Positions 9,257 through 19,800 of a stretch of 64,000 nucleotides of DNA are shown here, in pieces. The stretch is from an uncultured Bacilli bacterium (GTDB lineage Bacteria > Bacillota_I > Bacilli_A > RF39 > UBA660), in NCBI GenBank assembly GCA_947632375.1, contig CANRPF010000004.1:1019-65018 (forward strand), read 5' to 3'. The translations under genes and the position numbers were made by a program. The stretch's first letter is position 1. Every line of letters starts with the position of its first letter. Under the pieces are notes generated by a model. The model made no database searches, was not told the origin of the DNA, and saw only the letters and a program-made list of their open reading frames with translations.

Positions 9257-11998
9257 TTAATACTCTCCTTTCACAGTTTCACTTATATAATCAACTAGAG
9301 CATCTACTGGACATATTACATCGTGCGCATCAGAGAATATATACCATTTACTATTAAAATAAATATATTGATTCCCTTCATTTTCCAATATTGTTCTAAT
9401 TCTTAATAAATAGCTATCCTTTATTGTATCAATCGGTTTACTAATTAGATTTTTTTGACTTTCAGTTAATATACCTTCAGCACCAGTAATTGTATATACA
9501 CCATTCTTAACTGGGTCTTTAACAGCCTCAAATGAATTATATACTTCATTCATCATGATATACTCATCATCACGAGCTTCATCTCTACCTTCTGGAGACT
9601 CAGCTAAATGAATACCGTCAAGATAAGCACCCATAATAACAGTATCTTCATCAAAAAACTCTAACGAACCAGTTGGTCCAATTATATGACGATAATATCT
9701 ATCATCATACATATCTTTTACATATACTACGGTACCAGGAGCTGCTTCAACTATCATTCTATCAATAGAAAGAAGTTTTTGATAGAATGCACTCACATTT
9801 ACTCTATACTTTAAATATATATCATCTGATAAAGACTCTTCAACATTAAATTTACCATATAACTGCCCAGCGACAGTATTATAATAATATTTAGAGGCTA
9901 ATACCTTTGGATTCTCCTTTGCTGTTAAAACTGCAACATAATCAAATTCCACCTCAGTTTCAACAGGAAAACGAATAGAGGTAACAGCAGTACCTTCATC
10001 AGATAATTCATAAAAACCTCTAGGACTAACAATAATTGGCTCACCATTTATATAAACAATATGACCATAAGCTAAATCTTCGGGGCGGGCTTGCGACCCA
10101 CTGGCGTCTTCTAGCTTGGTCCATGGCTTCAATGACCCATCCGCCGCGGTTTCAATTAAGTATGGGTCATCTCTAAATTCCAACTTTAATGCTCTAAAAT
10201 ACTCTAATTCATTCACAAAATTTTCTTCAACCATTTCTGCGTATTTATCTCTAACAACATTAAATAAATCTTCATCCTTAGTATAAGTACCCATTAGTTG
10301 ACCAACTTTATCATATGTATGCTCAACTATCTCTTGATAATGGCCTATATCCAAAATACCATATTTATTATAATTCTCTATCGAACATTCATCAATTTCA
10401 TATGCCATCGCAGAGAAAGAATATAACATACGACTTAGTGTTTGATTAGGAGTAAAATTAACATCCATCAATCTAACTAATATATTACCTTCAGTCGTTG
10501 AGCGAAAAAGTTTAACAGTATTTTCATATAAAAAATCCATTACCTTTTCTCTAAATTCTCTTTCATAAATATAATCATACCACATATTTATGTTTTGCTC
10601 AGTGTTATAATCTTCATAAGCAACAACATTATTTTTATATATGTTTTCTTTATTTAAGAAAACTCCTTCTTCGTCACACCACCATGTAATTAAACCATTG
10701 ATAGGAAACTGCTTATAATAAACACTTCCATTTCTTCTAAAGAAAGGATATTTTGAACCAATAGTTTCTGTAATAGAATCAGAAACAGTCCGCTTAAAAG
10801 AGCTAATATTAGGGTCATATCTTAATCTGACTTGCATGTTCCCTCTTGTTAAGAACATATCTTTTAATTCTATCATATCTGCATGGTTTGTAACAATAGC
10901 TAAACTTCTATCTCCATTACTATCTACTGTCTGTGCGGCATATTTGTAAAATACTCCACTTTTAACAGTATAGTCGCTCCATGTATAAGTCAAATTTTCA
11001 TTTAACTCATTAGCAACTAAAGCATTATGAACGTCTTCCCATAAAGTAAAATCAGTCTCACTTGAGGCTCTTCTAATTACTATATTATTAACAAAAATTT
11101 CATTTCTTTTAGATTTAATAGTAACGTCAATACATCCTAAATCTACGTTTGTTTCTGTTGTTATTGTAGCATTAAAATCTCCTAAATTATGTAAAACAAT
11201 AAAAAATTTTCTATGGAAAGTTGAATCTGTATATTCATTATCTGTAGTAAAAGAAAAATACACAGTATAAATTATGCTTTCTTCAAATAGATATGGTAAT
11301 AAATAATTTATTTCATTAGGATGGTCATAATGATTAGCAATTATTTCACCAGAATCAAATACCAACTCTTTTGAAGATGTGTCATAAAAAGTGAACCGAT
11401 AAGATTTCAATCTTTCTGACTCATTCTGTGCTATATTGCCATTTTCATCTAACCACACTATTCTACCAACAAAATTGATATTAAAAGCAGGAAATTCAAT
11501 TAACTGCTCTTCATCTATGTCTGTAAAATCTCGTATATCCACCATTGGTCTTGAGATGCCTTTAATTAAGCATACTCTTGACCACTCAGAGAAATACTTT
11601 TGATTATCTATTAACCAACCAGCGATTTTACCATCCGCAGGAGGGGTAGATGCTTTCATACCAGTAAAACGTATTTGTACTTTATAAAATTGATTGATTT
11701 CAAACTTGCCACCATCAATATCTGATTGAGGAATAATTTCAATATAATACTTATCATCATCCACTCTTTCAGCATCAATTTTTAATTCAGTAATCATTAC
11801 TCCAGTAGGATATTTAGTTCCATTTAATACTGAAGCATTTGTATTCTGATTATTAACAACTACTTGTACGTTTTTAATTTCTTGACTTGTATTATAAGCA
11901 GATAAAGAAAAATATACTCTACAAGGGTCAGTGTGTATGAATGCGGGCATCCACGTTGAAGTTTCTGGTGGATATAAATTATTTTCAATTCCAATCAT
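9257..11998 (-). CDS. Distal tail/baseplate protein with FN3-like domain
   Basis: WSDYTVKSGVFYKY FN3-like segment; TETIGSKYPFF, LFRSTTEGNILV, YSFSAMAYE. Confidence 0.55.
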   Translation of the reverse strand: MIGIENNLYPPETSTWMPAFIHTDPCRVYFSLSAYNTSQEIKNVQVVVNNQNTNASVLNGTKYPTGVMITELKIDAERVDDDKYYIEIIPQSDIDGGKFEINQFYKVQIRFTGMKASTPPADGKIAGWLIDNQKYFSEWSRVCLIKGISRPMVDIRDFTDIDEEQLIEFPAFNINFVGRIVWLDENGNIAQNESERLKSYRFTFYDTSSKELVFDSGEIIANHYDHPNEINYLLPYLFEESIIYTVYFSFTTDNEYTDSTFHRKFFIVLHNLGDFNATITTETNVDLGCIDVTIKSKRNEIFVNNIVIRRASSETDFTLWEDVHNALVANELNENLTYTWSDYTVKSGVFYKYAAQTVDSNGDRSLAIVTNHADMIELKDMFLTRGNMQVRLRYDPNISSFKRTVSDSITETIGSKYPFFRRNGSVYYKQFPINGLITWWCDEEGVFLNKENIYKNNVVAYEDYNTEQNINMWYDYIYEREFREKVMDFLYENTVKLFRSTTEGNILVRLMDVNFTPNQTLSRMLYSFSAMAYEIDECSIENYNKYGILDIGHYQEIVEHTYDKVGQLMGTYTKDEDLFNVVRDKYAEMVEENFVNELEYFRALKLEFRDDPYLIETAADGSLKPWTKLEDASGSQARPEDLAYGHIVYINGEPIIVSPRGFYELSDEGTAVTSIRFPVETEVEFDYVAVLTAKENPKVLASKYYYNTVAGQLYGKFNVEESLSDDIYLKYRVNVSAFYQKLLSIDRMIVEAAPGTVVYVKDMYDDRYYRHIIGPTGSLEFFDEDTVIMGAYLDGIHLAESPEGRDEARDDEYIMMNEVYNSFEAVKDPVKNGVYTITGAEGILTESQKNLISKPIDTIKDSYLLRIRTILENEGNQYIYFNSKWYIFSDAHDVICPVDALVDYISETVKGEY

Positions 11999-12028
11999 AC
12001 TGCATAACTCCTTTTATCTCTCTTATCT

Positions 12029-12499
12029 TCATTCTGTTGGAGGTTGCTTTGGCAAGGCTCTCAATTCTTCCATTAAAGTATGCACAAAACTATTACCGCC
12101 TTCTTCTTTATAATGCACATAACGTTTTTCTACAGACTCTAAACTGTAATCATCAATCCACTTTCTTGTATAACAAAAGAAGTGATGTTCCTTAACAATA
12201 AAAGCCTTAATATCATCTTTATCTGATTCAGTTAAAACTTGTATACGAGCCTGTAGATTATCTATATTTTGCTCCAATTTATCTTGAGCTTCCATTACCT
12301 GATTTAATTGTTCTCCAAGTTGATTTAATTTTTCATCAAGTTGATTTTTCTCACACTGTTCATCTGTTTCTTTTTGAAATATTTGCTTTAGTCTTGCATA
12401 AGCCCAATCATAAAAATTAACGCAACCTTTTATAGCAAAAGCTAGAACAATAGTAAAACCAAGAATTTGCTGTATTGAATAATTATCTAATAATTCCAT
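12029..12499 (-). CDS. Membrane protein with coiled coil, possible holin
   Basis: N-terminal TM helix, coiled coil, Y...GGN motif. Confidence 0.5.
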   Translation of the reverse strand: MELLDNYSIQQILGFTIVLAFAIKGCVNFYDWAYARLKQIFQKETDEQCEKNQLDEKLNQLGEQLNQVMEAQDKLEQNIDNLQARIQVLTESDKDDIKAFIVKEHHFFCYTRKWIDDYSLESVEKRYVHYKEEGGNSFVHTLMEELRALPKQPPTE

Positions 12500-12570
12500 C
12501 TTGCAAACATTTTCCTCCTTTACTATAAAATTATAAAATTATGGCAATAAGATAAAAAGGAGTTGCCCAA

Positions 12571-12783
12571 TTACTTGGACAACTCACCTTCATCAGATTT
12601 ATTTTCAGATACTCTCAAAGCATCTTCCTTTTCTTTAGCAAGCACGGTACTATTTACCTCACTTAATTCACCCATTAAATCTTTCATCATATAATAAACA
12701 AGAGAAATTGGTAAGCCGCTATCATTGATTTGCTTAACAATATTTTTTCTTAATTCTTCGCATTGTAAGTTAATACTACTCAT
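12571..12783 (-). CDS. Small hypothetical protein (start MSSINLQ)
   Basis: AAGGAG RBS before ATG at 12783. Confidence 0.6.
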   Translation of the reverse strand: MSSINLQCEELRKNIVKQINDSGLPISLVYYMMKDLMGELSEVNSTVLAKEKEDALRVSENKSDEGELSK

Positions 12784-12796
12784 CCTTTTATCTCCT

Positions 12797-15700
12797 TTAT
12801 TCACAATTACATTCTGGTATACTGTCAATTTGGTCTTGTAAATCACTACATCTTCGACCAATAGCAGAAATTACTTCTTTAAGTTTTTGATAAGTTGAAC
12901 CTTCAAATTCCATTCCACCGTCTAAAATTTCCAAATCTTTAACTCGTGTTAAACCTTGACCATTAACACCAAAAGCCATATCATCATCGCCTTCCCAACC
13001 GGCCCAAATCCAATATTGACCTGCATCAGCTAGCCTTGCAGAAATACCACTATAGCTATTAGTGAAACTTTCATCTGGATTTAATGAGTAAAATGCTGTA
13101 CGACTACCACCAGATGAACCAGCAGCTCTAGCACTCTGAATAGTAAATTCACCCATTGTAACTTCACTATCATCACAATAAAAGCATCCAACACGTAATG
13201 AGCTATCTCTCTCTTCTTCACTATCATTATCTAGCTTTAGACGACTAAAATAAGCTACACCATCTGTAGTTATATGCCAAGTTGGTCCAGTAATAGAACC
13301 ATCACTATTTAAAGAAATGCCGCCTCTGCTACCACTCTTAGAACGTAATCTATCTGCCTCAATAATCCATCCACCAATATCACCAGTAACAGAGTGTAAA
13401 TTACCATCTTTATCAACACTAAAATTACCATTACCATATCTAATCTCTGGTAATGTTAAATCAATCATCAATCCAGAACCTTTTCCTGTACTTCCCCCAT
13501 CTACATAATTACCGCTGTAAATTTGGGCGCGGTCCTGGGTTGGATCAATAATAATCTGGCCTTGTCCGCGTTTCCCGAACTCTGATTTACCAGTCTCCGC
13601 ATCTAAGAAAATAGTTCTCTCGCCATGTTCATAAGCAAACAAACCAATTTCTTTCTGGCCATAATTTTCTTTCACGACACCCATCAATAGACCAGTAAAA
13701 CTATTATCACTTTCTTTTTCACCTGCACCAATTTGTGGAGCTAAAATAACTCCACCTTCAGGGTCTATTTCTACGGTATTTCCGTCCCAGCTGTTTAACG
13801 CTGCATTGCCGTGGGTATCTAGATACAAATGGATAGGTATGTGGATGCGTGCTACCTCGGTTCCCGCGTGTTTTAAAATACATTCAAGAGCATTAGATTT
13901 ACATTCGCCATCATAATTATCTTCCAAACTGATAGCCTTCTGCGCTCTTGTTGTTACTATTGTTCTATTATCTACAATATAAACAGTTGTACCTAAATAC
14001 TTCCAATCATAATCAATAGCATAAGTAGGATTAATTTCCTCACTAACATCTTGACTATTTCCGCCGATTGTAAGATTTCTCACGACAAGAGTAAAAGGAT
14101 TAGTCTTATCATATGTTGGTCTACGACCATCATTCGCATAAATAGCAAATCTAAAACCTGTATAATCTTTTAAGTTCACGCGATAATTATTATTAGCTAG
14201 TTTAACTGAGATAATTGGAATTGTAGCTGTATATTCTACTTGTTCATAACGTAATGTACACTTAATAATATTTACTGGATTATCATCCCTAAATCCATTA
14301 AAGGTTATTTCTCCAGTAGAAGGATTCCGCACAGTAAATGCACTTACATCAGTTCTAGTTCTATTGGGTTGCCAATTTCCGTTATTATCTCTATATCTAT
14401 ATTTATTTAAAGGAATGCTCCATGTAATACTTGAAACTAAATGTCCTTCAGTTGAATTGCCATTAGTTGGACTATCAAAGATTAAGGTTTCATTATGCCA
14501 TAACTGAACTCTAAAGTAAACATTCGCGGCGGCCGGTGTAAAGTTCCACTCGGTTTGCCCATTAGATAATTGAGTTACGGTCGGATACAATGGCATCGTA
14601 GCACCACTTCTAACATTCGGAACAATTTTGCACATAAAATCAGTTCCATTTGTACCAGGTTCGCCCTCTTTGGTGAATGTTAGGTTGGTTTCCGCGCTTA
14701 ACAACATGCCTTTATATTCAACAGTTAAATGAATAGTATTTCTTTGGTAAGCAATATTATATCTATCTGCAATCTCATAGATAAATGACATTAAATTACT
14801 ATAAGTTGCGGTATCTGCTCCAACTACGCTAGGCGTATATGAATTAGGTATTTTAATCAATGTATTAGTTGTTGGCACCGTCCATTTAATATCTGCATGT
14901 TCAGCCACATCATCTTCTATTGGATTACCAAGATTATCAAATATAGTAAAGGTTAAAGCCTTTATTTGAATAGGCTGTTCTACAGTTTTACTTGCTGGAC
15001 TCACACCCGCTCCACTATATTTATATACATAGTTAGAATCATTAATAATTAAACTATATGCACCTTCAGCTTGCAAATTATTGCTTAGAACAATAGAGGC
15101 CATACCTAAATAAACGCTACCTTGATGTACTGCACACTGATATGTACTAAAGTTTGTTATAGTATTAACTTGAACTTTATGTAATGTATTGCCTTCAACA
15201 CGCATTATTAAATCATAATCTTTTAATTGTTTGGCTAATTCATCTAATCTACTCTGATTAGTTACTCTTGGAACAGAACCATTATTCATAGCTGTTGCTA
15301 AATCATCGTATTGTTTCTTTAAAGCATTATAAGCAGCATTCTGGTCTGCGGTCGCCGGTAATGTCTGGAAAGACCCAGAGTTATCAGTTACTGCCCAAGA
15401 ATAAGTGTATTCATTATGCTCAGCACCATTTACTAAACATTTTAAAGTAGGATGTCCTATATCAAAATAGAATTGCGTTCCCGCATCAGATGTAATAATA
15501 ATATCATAATTAGAGGATAAATTCTTAATTACAATTTCTTTATATATAACACTATTGTCATATATAGCTACACACTTATATCTTACTTCTTTAGCTACTA
15601 CATCACTCTTTTTAACTTTCCATACTGACTCTCCAGGTAGCCATTCAACTATATCTGCTTCAGTGTCAGCTTGTTTACCTAGCACATTATAATTATTTAA

Positions 15701-16750
15701 ACATTTCCATCCTTGTCCACCATATTTATTATAATATTGACTTGTAGGAACAATACTAACATCTTGCACAAACCAATAGAAGTCAATCTTCTGTGAATCG
15801 TAGTTTACAACACTACCTTTAACGCGGAGCTGCGCTTCAAGGCGCCTTATATCTGACTTAAGTGAGGAATTATCGAAGTATGTTCCTTGAGGGGTCACGA
15901 TTGAAAGACTATAATTACTAATATCACTATCACTCAATCTACTAACCGCACTAAATTCTAGGTTAGAAATAAATATATCAGCTTGCGGGACTGGCTCTTT
16001 AGAATGAACAAAGTTATTACAAAAAAGAGCTATATAGTTAATCTCTTTAAAGTTAGGTCCATCTATATCAAATATTGCATATTGATTTGTTGCATTGATT
16101 AGTTTATATGGATTACCAGTCATCTTATCAATATCTAAAACATAATCTCTAGTAACTACAGCACCAGTTGCATTATCATTAAAGTCTAGCGAAAAGATAA
16201 TACCATAGTTGCCTCGATACTGCTGTTCCGCGGCTAATGCAGTTTGGACCTGGATCCCGCACTTTACATTATTACTTACTTTTATATATTCGTTTAAATC
16301 AGTATAATTAACTGAAATTCTATTATGACTCATATCGTCCTTATCATAAAGGACAATTACTTCTCCACCTTTTTGATAAGAATGTAATCCAAATCGTTCA
16401 TTTGATGTAATACAATTCTTACCAACGGTATCATAGACGTCTTCTTGTTCTGTAACAGGTATATAGTTAATACCAAGTTTCTTGGCATTTCCAATAATGC
16501 GCTTGTCCCTTGACATATCATTTCCAGGTACAAGTACGTAAACACTGGCGCCCGTAGCATAACTAATATCTGTATTTTCTGAATAAGCATAAAATACCCC
16601 ATCTTGATATTTAACGCGGTATTTACCTATTGTTTTATCTGTACACTCAACTATGACAGCTTGAATAGTTTTATCATAGCCTGCATCTGCCACAGCTTTA
16701 TTAACTATTATGTCAATAGCTTGTAAAATATTATCTTCGAGCCTGCTCAT
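12797..16750 (-). CDS. Large minor tail protein / central fibre (1317 aa)
   Basis: Directly after tape measure; beta-rich; GDIGGW fibre motif. Confidence 0.65.
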   Translation of the reverse strand: MSRLEDNILQAIDIIVNKAVADAGYDKTIQAVIVECTDKTIGKYRVKYQDGVFYAYSENTDISYATGASVYVLVPGNDMSRDKRIIGNAKKLGINYIPVTEQEDVYDTVGKNCITSNERFGLHSYQKGGEVIVLYDKDDMSHNRISVNYTDLNEYIKVSNNVKCGIQVQTALAAEQQYRGNYGIIFSLDFNDNATGAVVTRDYVLDIDKMTGNPYKLINATNQYAIFDIDGPNFKEINYIALFCNNFVHSKEPVPQADIFISNLEFSAVSRLSDSDISNYSLSIVTPQGTYFDNSSLKSDIRRLEAQLRVKGSVVNYDSQKIDFYWFVQDVSIVPTSQYYNKYGGQGWKCLNNYNVLGKQADTEADIVEWLPGESVWKVKKSDVVAKEVRYKCVAIYDNSVIYKEIVIKNLSSNYDIIITSDAGTQFYFDIGHPTLKCLVNGAEHNEYTYSWAVTDNSGSFQTLPATADQNAAYNALKKQYDDLATAMNNGSVPRVTNQSRLDELAKQLKDYDLIMRVEGNTLHKVQVNTITNFSTYQCAVHQGSVYLGMASIVLSNNLQAEGAYSLIINDSNYVYKYSGAGVSPASKTVEQPIQIKALTFTIFDNLGNPIEDDVAEHADIKWTVPTTNTLIKIPNSYTPSVVGADTATYSNLMSFIYEIADRYNIAYQRNTIHLTVEYKGMLLSAETNLTFTKEGEPGTNGTDFMCKIVPNVRSGATMPLYPTVTQLSNGQTEWNFTPAAANVYFRVQLWHNETLIFDSPTNGNSTEGHLVSSITWSIPLNKYRYRDNNGNWQPNRTRTDVSAFTVRNPSTGEITFNGFRDDNPVNIIKCTLRYEQVEYTATIPIISVKLANNNYRVNLKDYTGFRFAIYANDGRRPTYDKTNPFTLVVRNLTIGGNSQDVSEEINPTYAIDYDWKYLGTTVYIVDNRTIVTTRAQKAISLEDNYDGECKSNALECILKHAGTEVARIHIPIHLYLDTHGNAALNSWDGNTVEIDPEGGVILAPQIGAGEKESDNSFTGLLMGVVKENYGQKEIGLFAYEHGERTIFLDAETGKSEFGKRGQGQIIIDPTQDRAQIYSGNYVDGGSTGKGSGLMIDLTLPEIRYGNGNFSVDKDGNLHSVTGDIGGWIIEADRLRSKSGSRGGISLNSDGSITGPTWHITTDGVAYFSRLKLDNDSEEERDSSLRVGCFYCDDSEVTMGEFTIQSARAAGSSGGSRTAFYSLNPDESFTNSYSGISARLADAGQYWIWAGWEGDDDMAFGVNGQGLTRVKDLEILDGGMEFEGSTYQKLKEVISAIGRRCSDLQDQIDSIPECNCE

Positions 16751-16830
16751 AGTTCAATTCTCCTTTTCTCTCATATTTCTACTCTACTTTAGTTTTTATA
16801 ATTAGTTATTAAAGAAAAATACCCAAAAAG

Positions 16831-16855
16831 AAAAAGGAGGACATAGGTCCTCCTT
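16831..16855 (-). terminator. Terminator after tape measure gene
   Basis: AAGGAGGAC/GTCCTCCTT stem + T-run on minus strand. Confidence 0.65.
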
Positions 16856-19800
16856 ATCTTCTATTATTGAAAGCATGCATTGAAGCCGCATTAACTAGAT
16901 TATTCAAAGCATCTTCAATTTCTTTAGAATCACGTACACCTGGGAACTCAGCTGTAATATGAACATTCTGGTCAACTGCATTATTATTATTTGGATAATT
17001 ATTATTAGTAATTCTTCCTAATCCACCTAATAAACTGCTAGTATGTATTGATGTGGCAGTATTTAAGTTATTTACTAATTCATCCATATGACGAACAATA
17101 TTAACAGCAGATAAAATATTCTTTGTATCTTCCTGATTTAATACTAATTCTTTTTCATGTAGAATTGCGGCCTTGCCGCCACCGCCAGCCCACTCACCAG
17201 TATAACCACCGGTGTCAAAATGAGATAGTGCAACATAACCACTTCTACCATTTAAAGAAACACGTACTGGATATTCTTTGCCTTTATAATAACTTACAAT
17301 CTTTGCATTACCAGGCGGAAAATCTTTAACTGGTAATGCGTTAATTGCAGATGGGGTAGAATACACATAATTTGGATGAATCCAATGAGTATCTCCCTTA
17401 TTATATCCTTTACCAGAGGCCCCTTTAAATAGATAAGAATTAGATGATGGACTTCCAGTTCTAGTGCCACCAGACCCGCCTGAACTAGAGCCTCCTCCAG
17501 ACGAACTATTACTACTGCTACCACTAGAAGAATTACTTCTATTTTGTAATACATTAGCACCAATATTACTACTTGCAGAAGATTCATAACCATCGTCCCA
17601 ATCAGCATCAGCATTAGCGGCTTGTCTAGCTTGAGCCAACTCATAAGCAGCTTTAGCAGCTTCTTTTGCAGCTTCCATGACTCTATCATATTCATCTTTC
17701 ATATCTTCCAAAGAAGAAATTACATCTTTAATAGCTGGTATTAAATCATCTCTATATTTAGAAATTAGATTATCATTTTCATCAATTAACTCCCTAGTAT
17801 CATCTGTACCTTCTGTAATGCCATCTTGCAAAGCCTCAAAAGTAACGTCAGCTGCATCCTCAACATCACTTAAATCATTTTGATATTCTTGAGTAGTTTC
17901 ACTTAATTCACTAAAGGCTTCAGAACAAACTGGAACTAATCCACCTTCACCGGCTATTTTTTCAGCCATATGTTCAACTCCAGAATCCCATTGAGGAATT
18001 AAGCTATTCATCAACTCATCTTGCTCTTGCTGAGACATGTCTTTAAAGTTTTGAACATCTGTATCATATAACAAAGCTAAATCATTAAACGCAGAATCAT
18101 ATAGATTACTTCTAATATACTCATTTTCTGTGATAATACCAATTATTAATTCGCCATACTGTTCAGTCAATAACTGTTGCTTCTTTAGTCTTGCTTCTGG
18201 ATCAAGAGTAGGATCAAGATAAAGCTCTTTTACCTTGTCTTGAAATTCCTCATACATGCTGTATAAGTCATCAAGATTCTGAACATATTGATTCTTATCA
18301 AAATTATATAAATCATTCTGAGCCTGTAACAGTTCCTGTCTCTTTTGTTCCAATTCATCTTCATCAGAAACATACTGATATGTATAATTACCCTGAGAGT
18401 CTCTTCTTAAACGCAAGTTAGTCTTAGTTTGTTGAGCATTCTCTAAAGCTAATTGCTTTAAGGTTAATTCATACATCATATTAGCACGCTCAACATCATA
18501 CTCAGTCAATTTATCTTTCTCACGTAAGTAAGCTAATTGCTGGTCCATCACGTCCTTTAATTTTTGTTGAGCAACTAAATCATCGGTATTTGCAATACCT
18601 TCAAGATATTTATTTTCTAATTCTTGAAGTGCTTGCATTTTATTGATATTATCTAAATATCTTTCTGAGTTCTTATTGATTAAATCCCATTCTTCACCAA
18701 CATAGTCTAATCCTAAACCGCCAGTAACTTTATCATTTAATTTATCAAAAATCTGTTCAATTAAATTACTATATTTATCAATAATATTCTCAACTGATTC
18801 TTCAACCTTGTCATTTAATTCTTCTAATGAATCTTGCCATTCTTCAATCCATTTCTTGCGGGCTTCAGGGTCAGTTTCTAACTTCATCATTTCATTAGCA
18901 TAGTTGACTCTTTCACGTAAGAACTTTAATTCTTCATTATTATTAGTTTGTATTTGTCTATAATACCTATCCATATCTGCATAAGCATCATCACCATACA
19001 ATAAGCCAACTAAGTTCATGTCATGATTCAATAAATCATTGATATATTCAAACTGGTCTACATGGTCATCAAATTCATCAATAGCTTGGTCAATCATATC
19101 AAGATAAGATTCTTTAATTTCTTCCTCTAAATCTTGCATATCTTCAAGCTGATTCATTAGTTCAGTATAATAATTTTGTAAATCTTCTAATGCTTTTTGT
19201 GAATTTTTACCATATACATCACTATATCCATCATCAGCTAGGGCTTCGACTTCATCCATTGTCTTATTGACTTGCTCAGTTAACGCTTCAATAGGGCCAG
19301 TTCCTGTATCATATGTTTCAAAATATGAGAAATAATCATCTAAGTTTGCACGTGCATTACCAAGAATATCATCATCTTTAATTTCATCTAAGACTTTGCG
19401 GCGGAACTCGTTAAAATCACGTTCAGCCTCGGCCATGTCAAGACGAATTTCGACCTCCGCGGTAAACTTCTTAATATTGATTTCAATTTGTCTGTCTACT
19501 GCATCCTCAATTTGGTCTTCTAAATCAAAGATTTCTGTTTTAATAGTGTCATATCTTTCGATATTCTTTTCTAACTCATCATAATCTTTTTGAGCTTGCT
19601 CGATAGTATCTTTGAATTTCTCCTGTTCCTCAGCAGACATTGCATTATACTGGTCAATTAAATTATTTACATAATCTAATTTAGCCTGTAAAACGGCAGT
19701 ATAATTAGTTAAATATCCCTCAGAATCAAATGTTGCACCTTCAGCAGCTAATGTATTTCTTAATTCAGCAGCTTCTTCTTTTTCTAGTCTAATCTTATTT

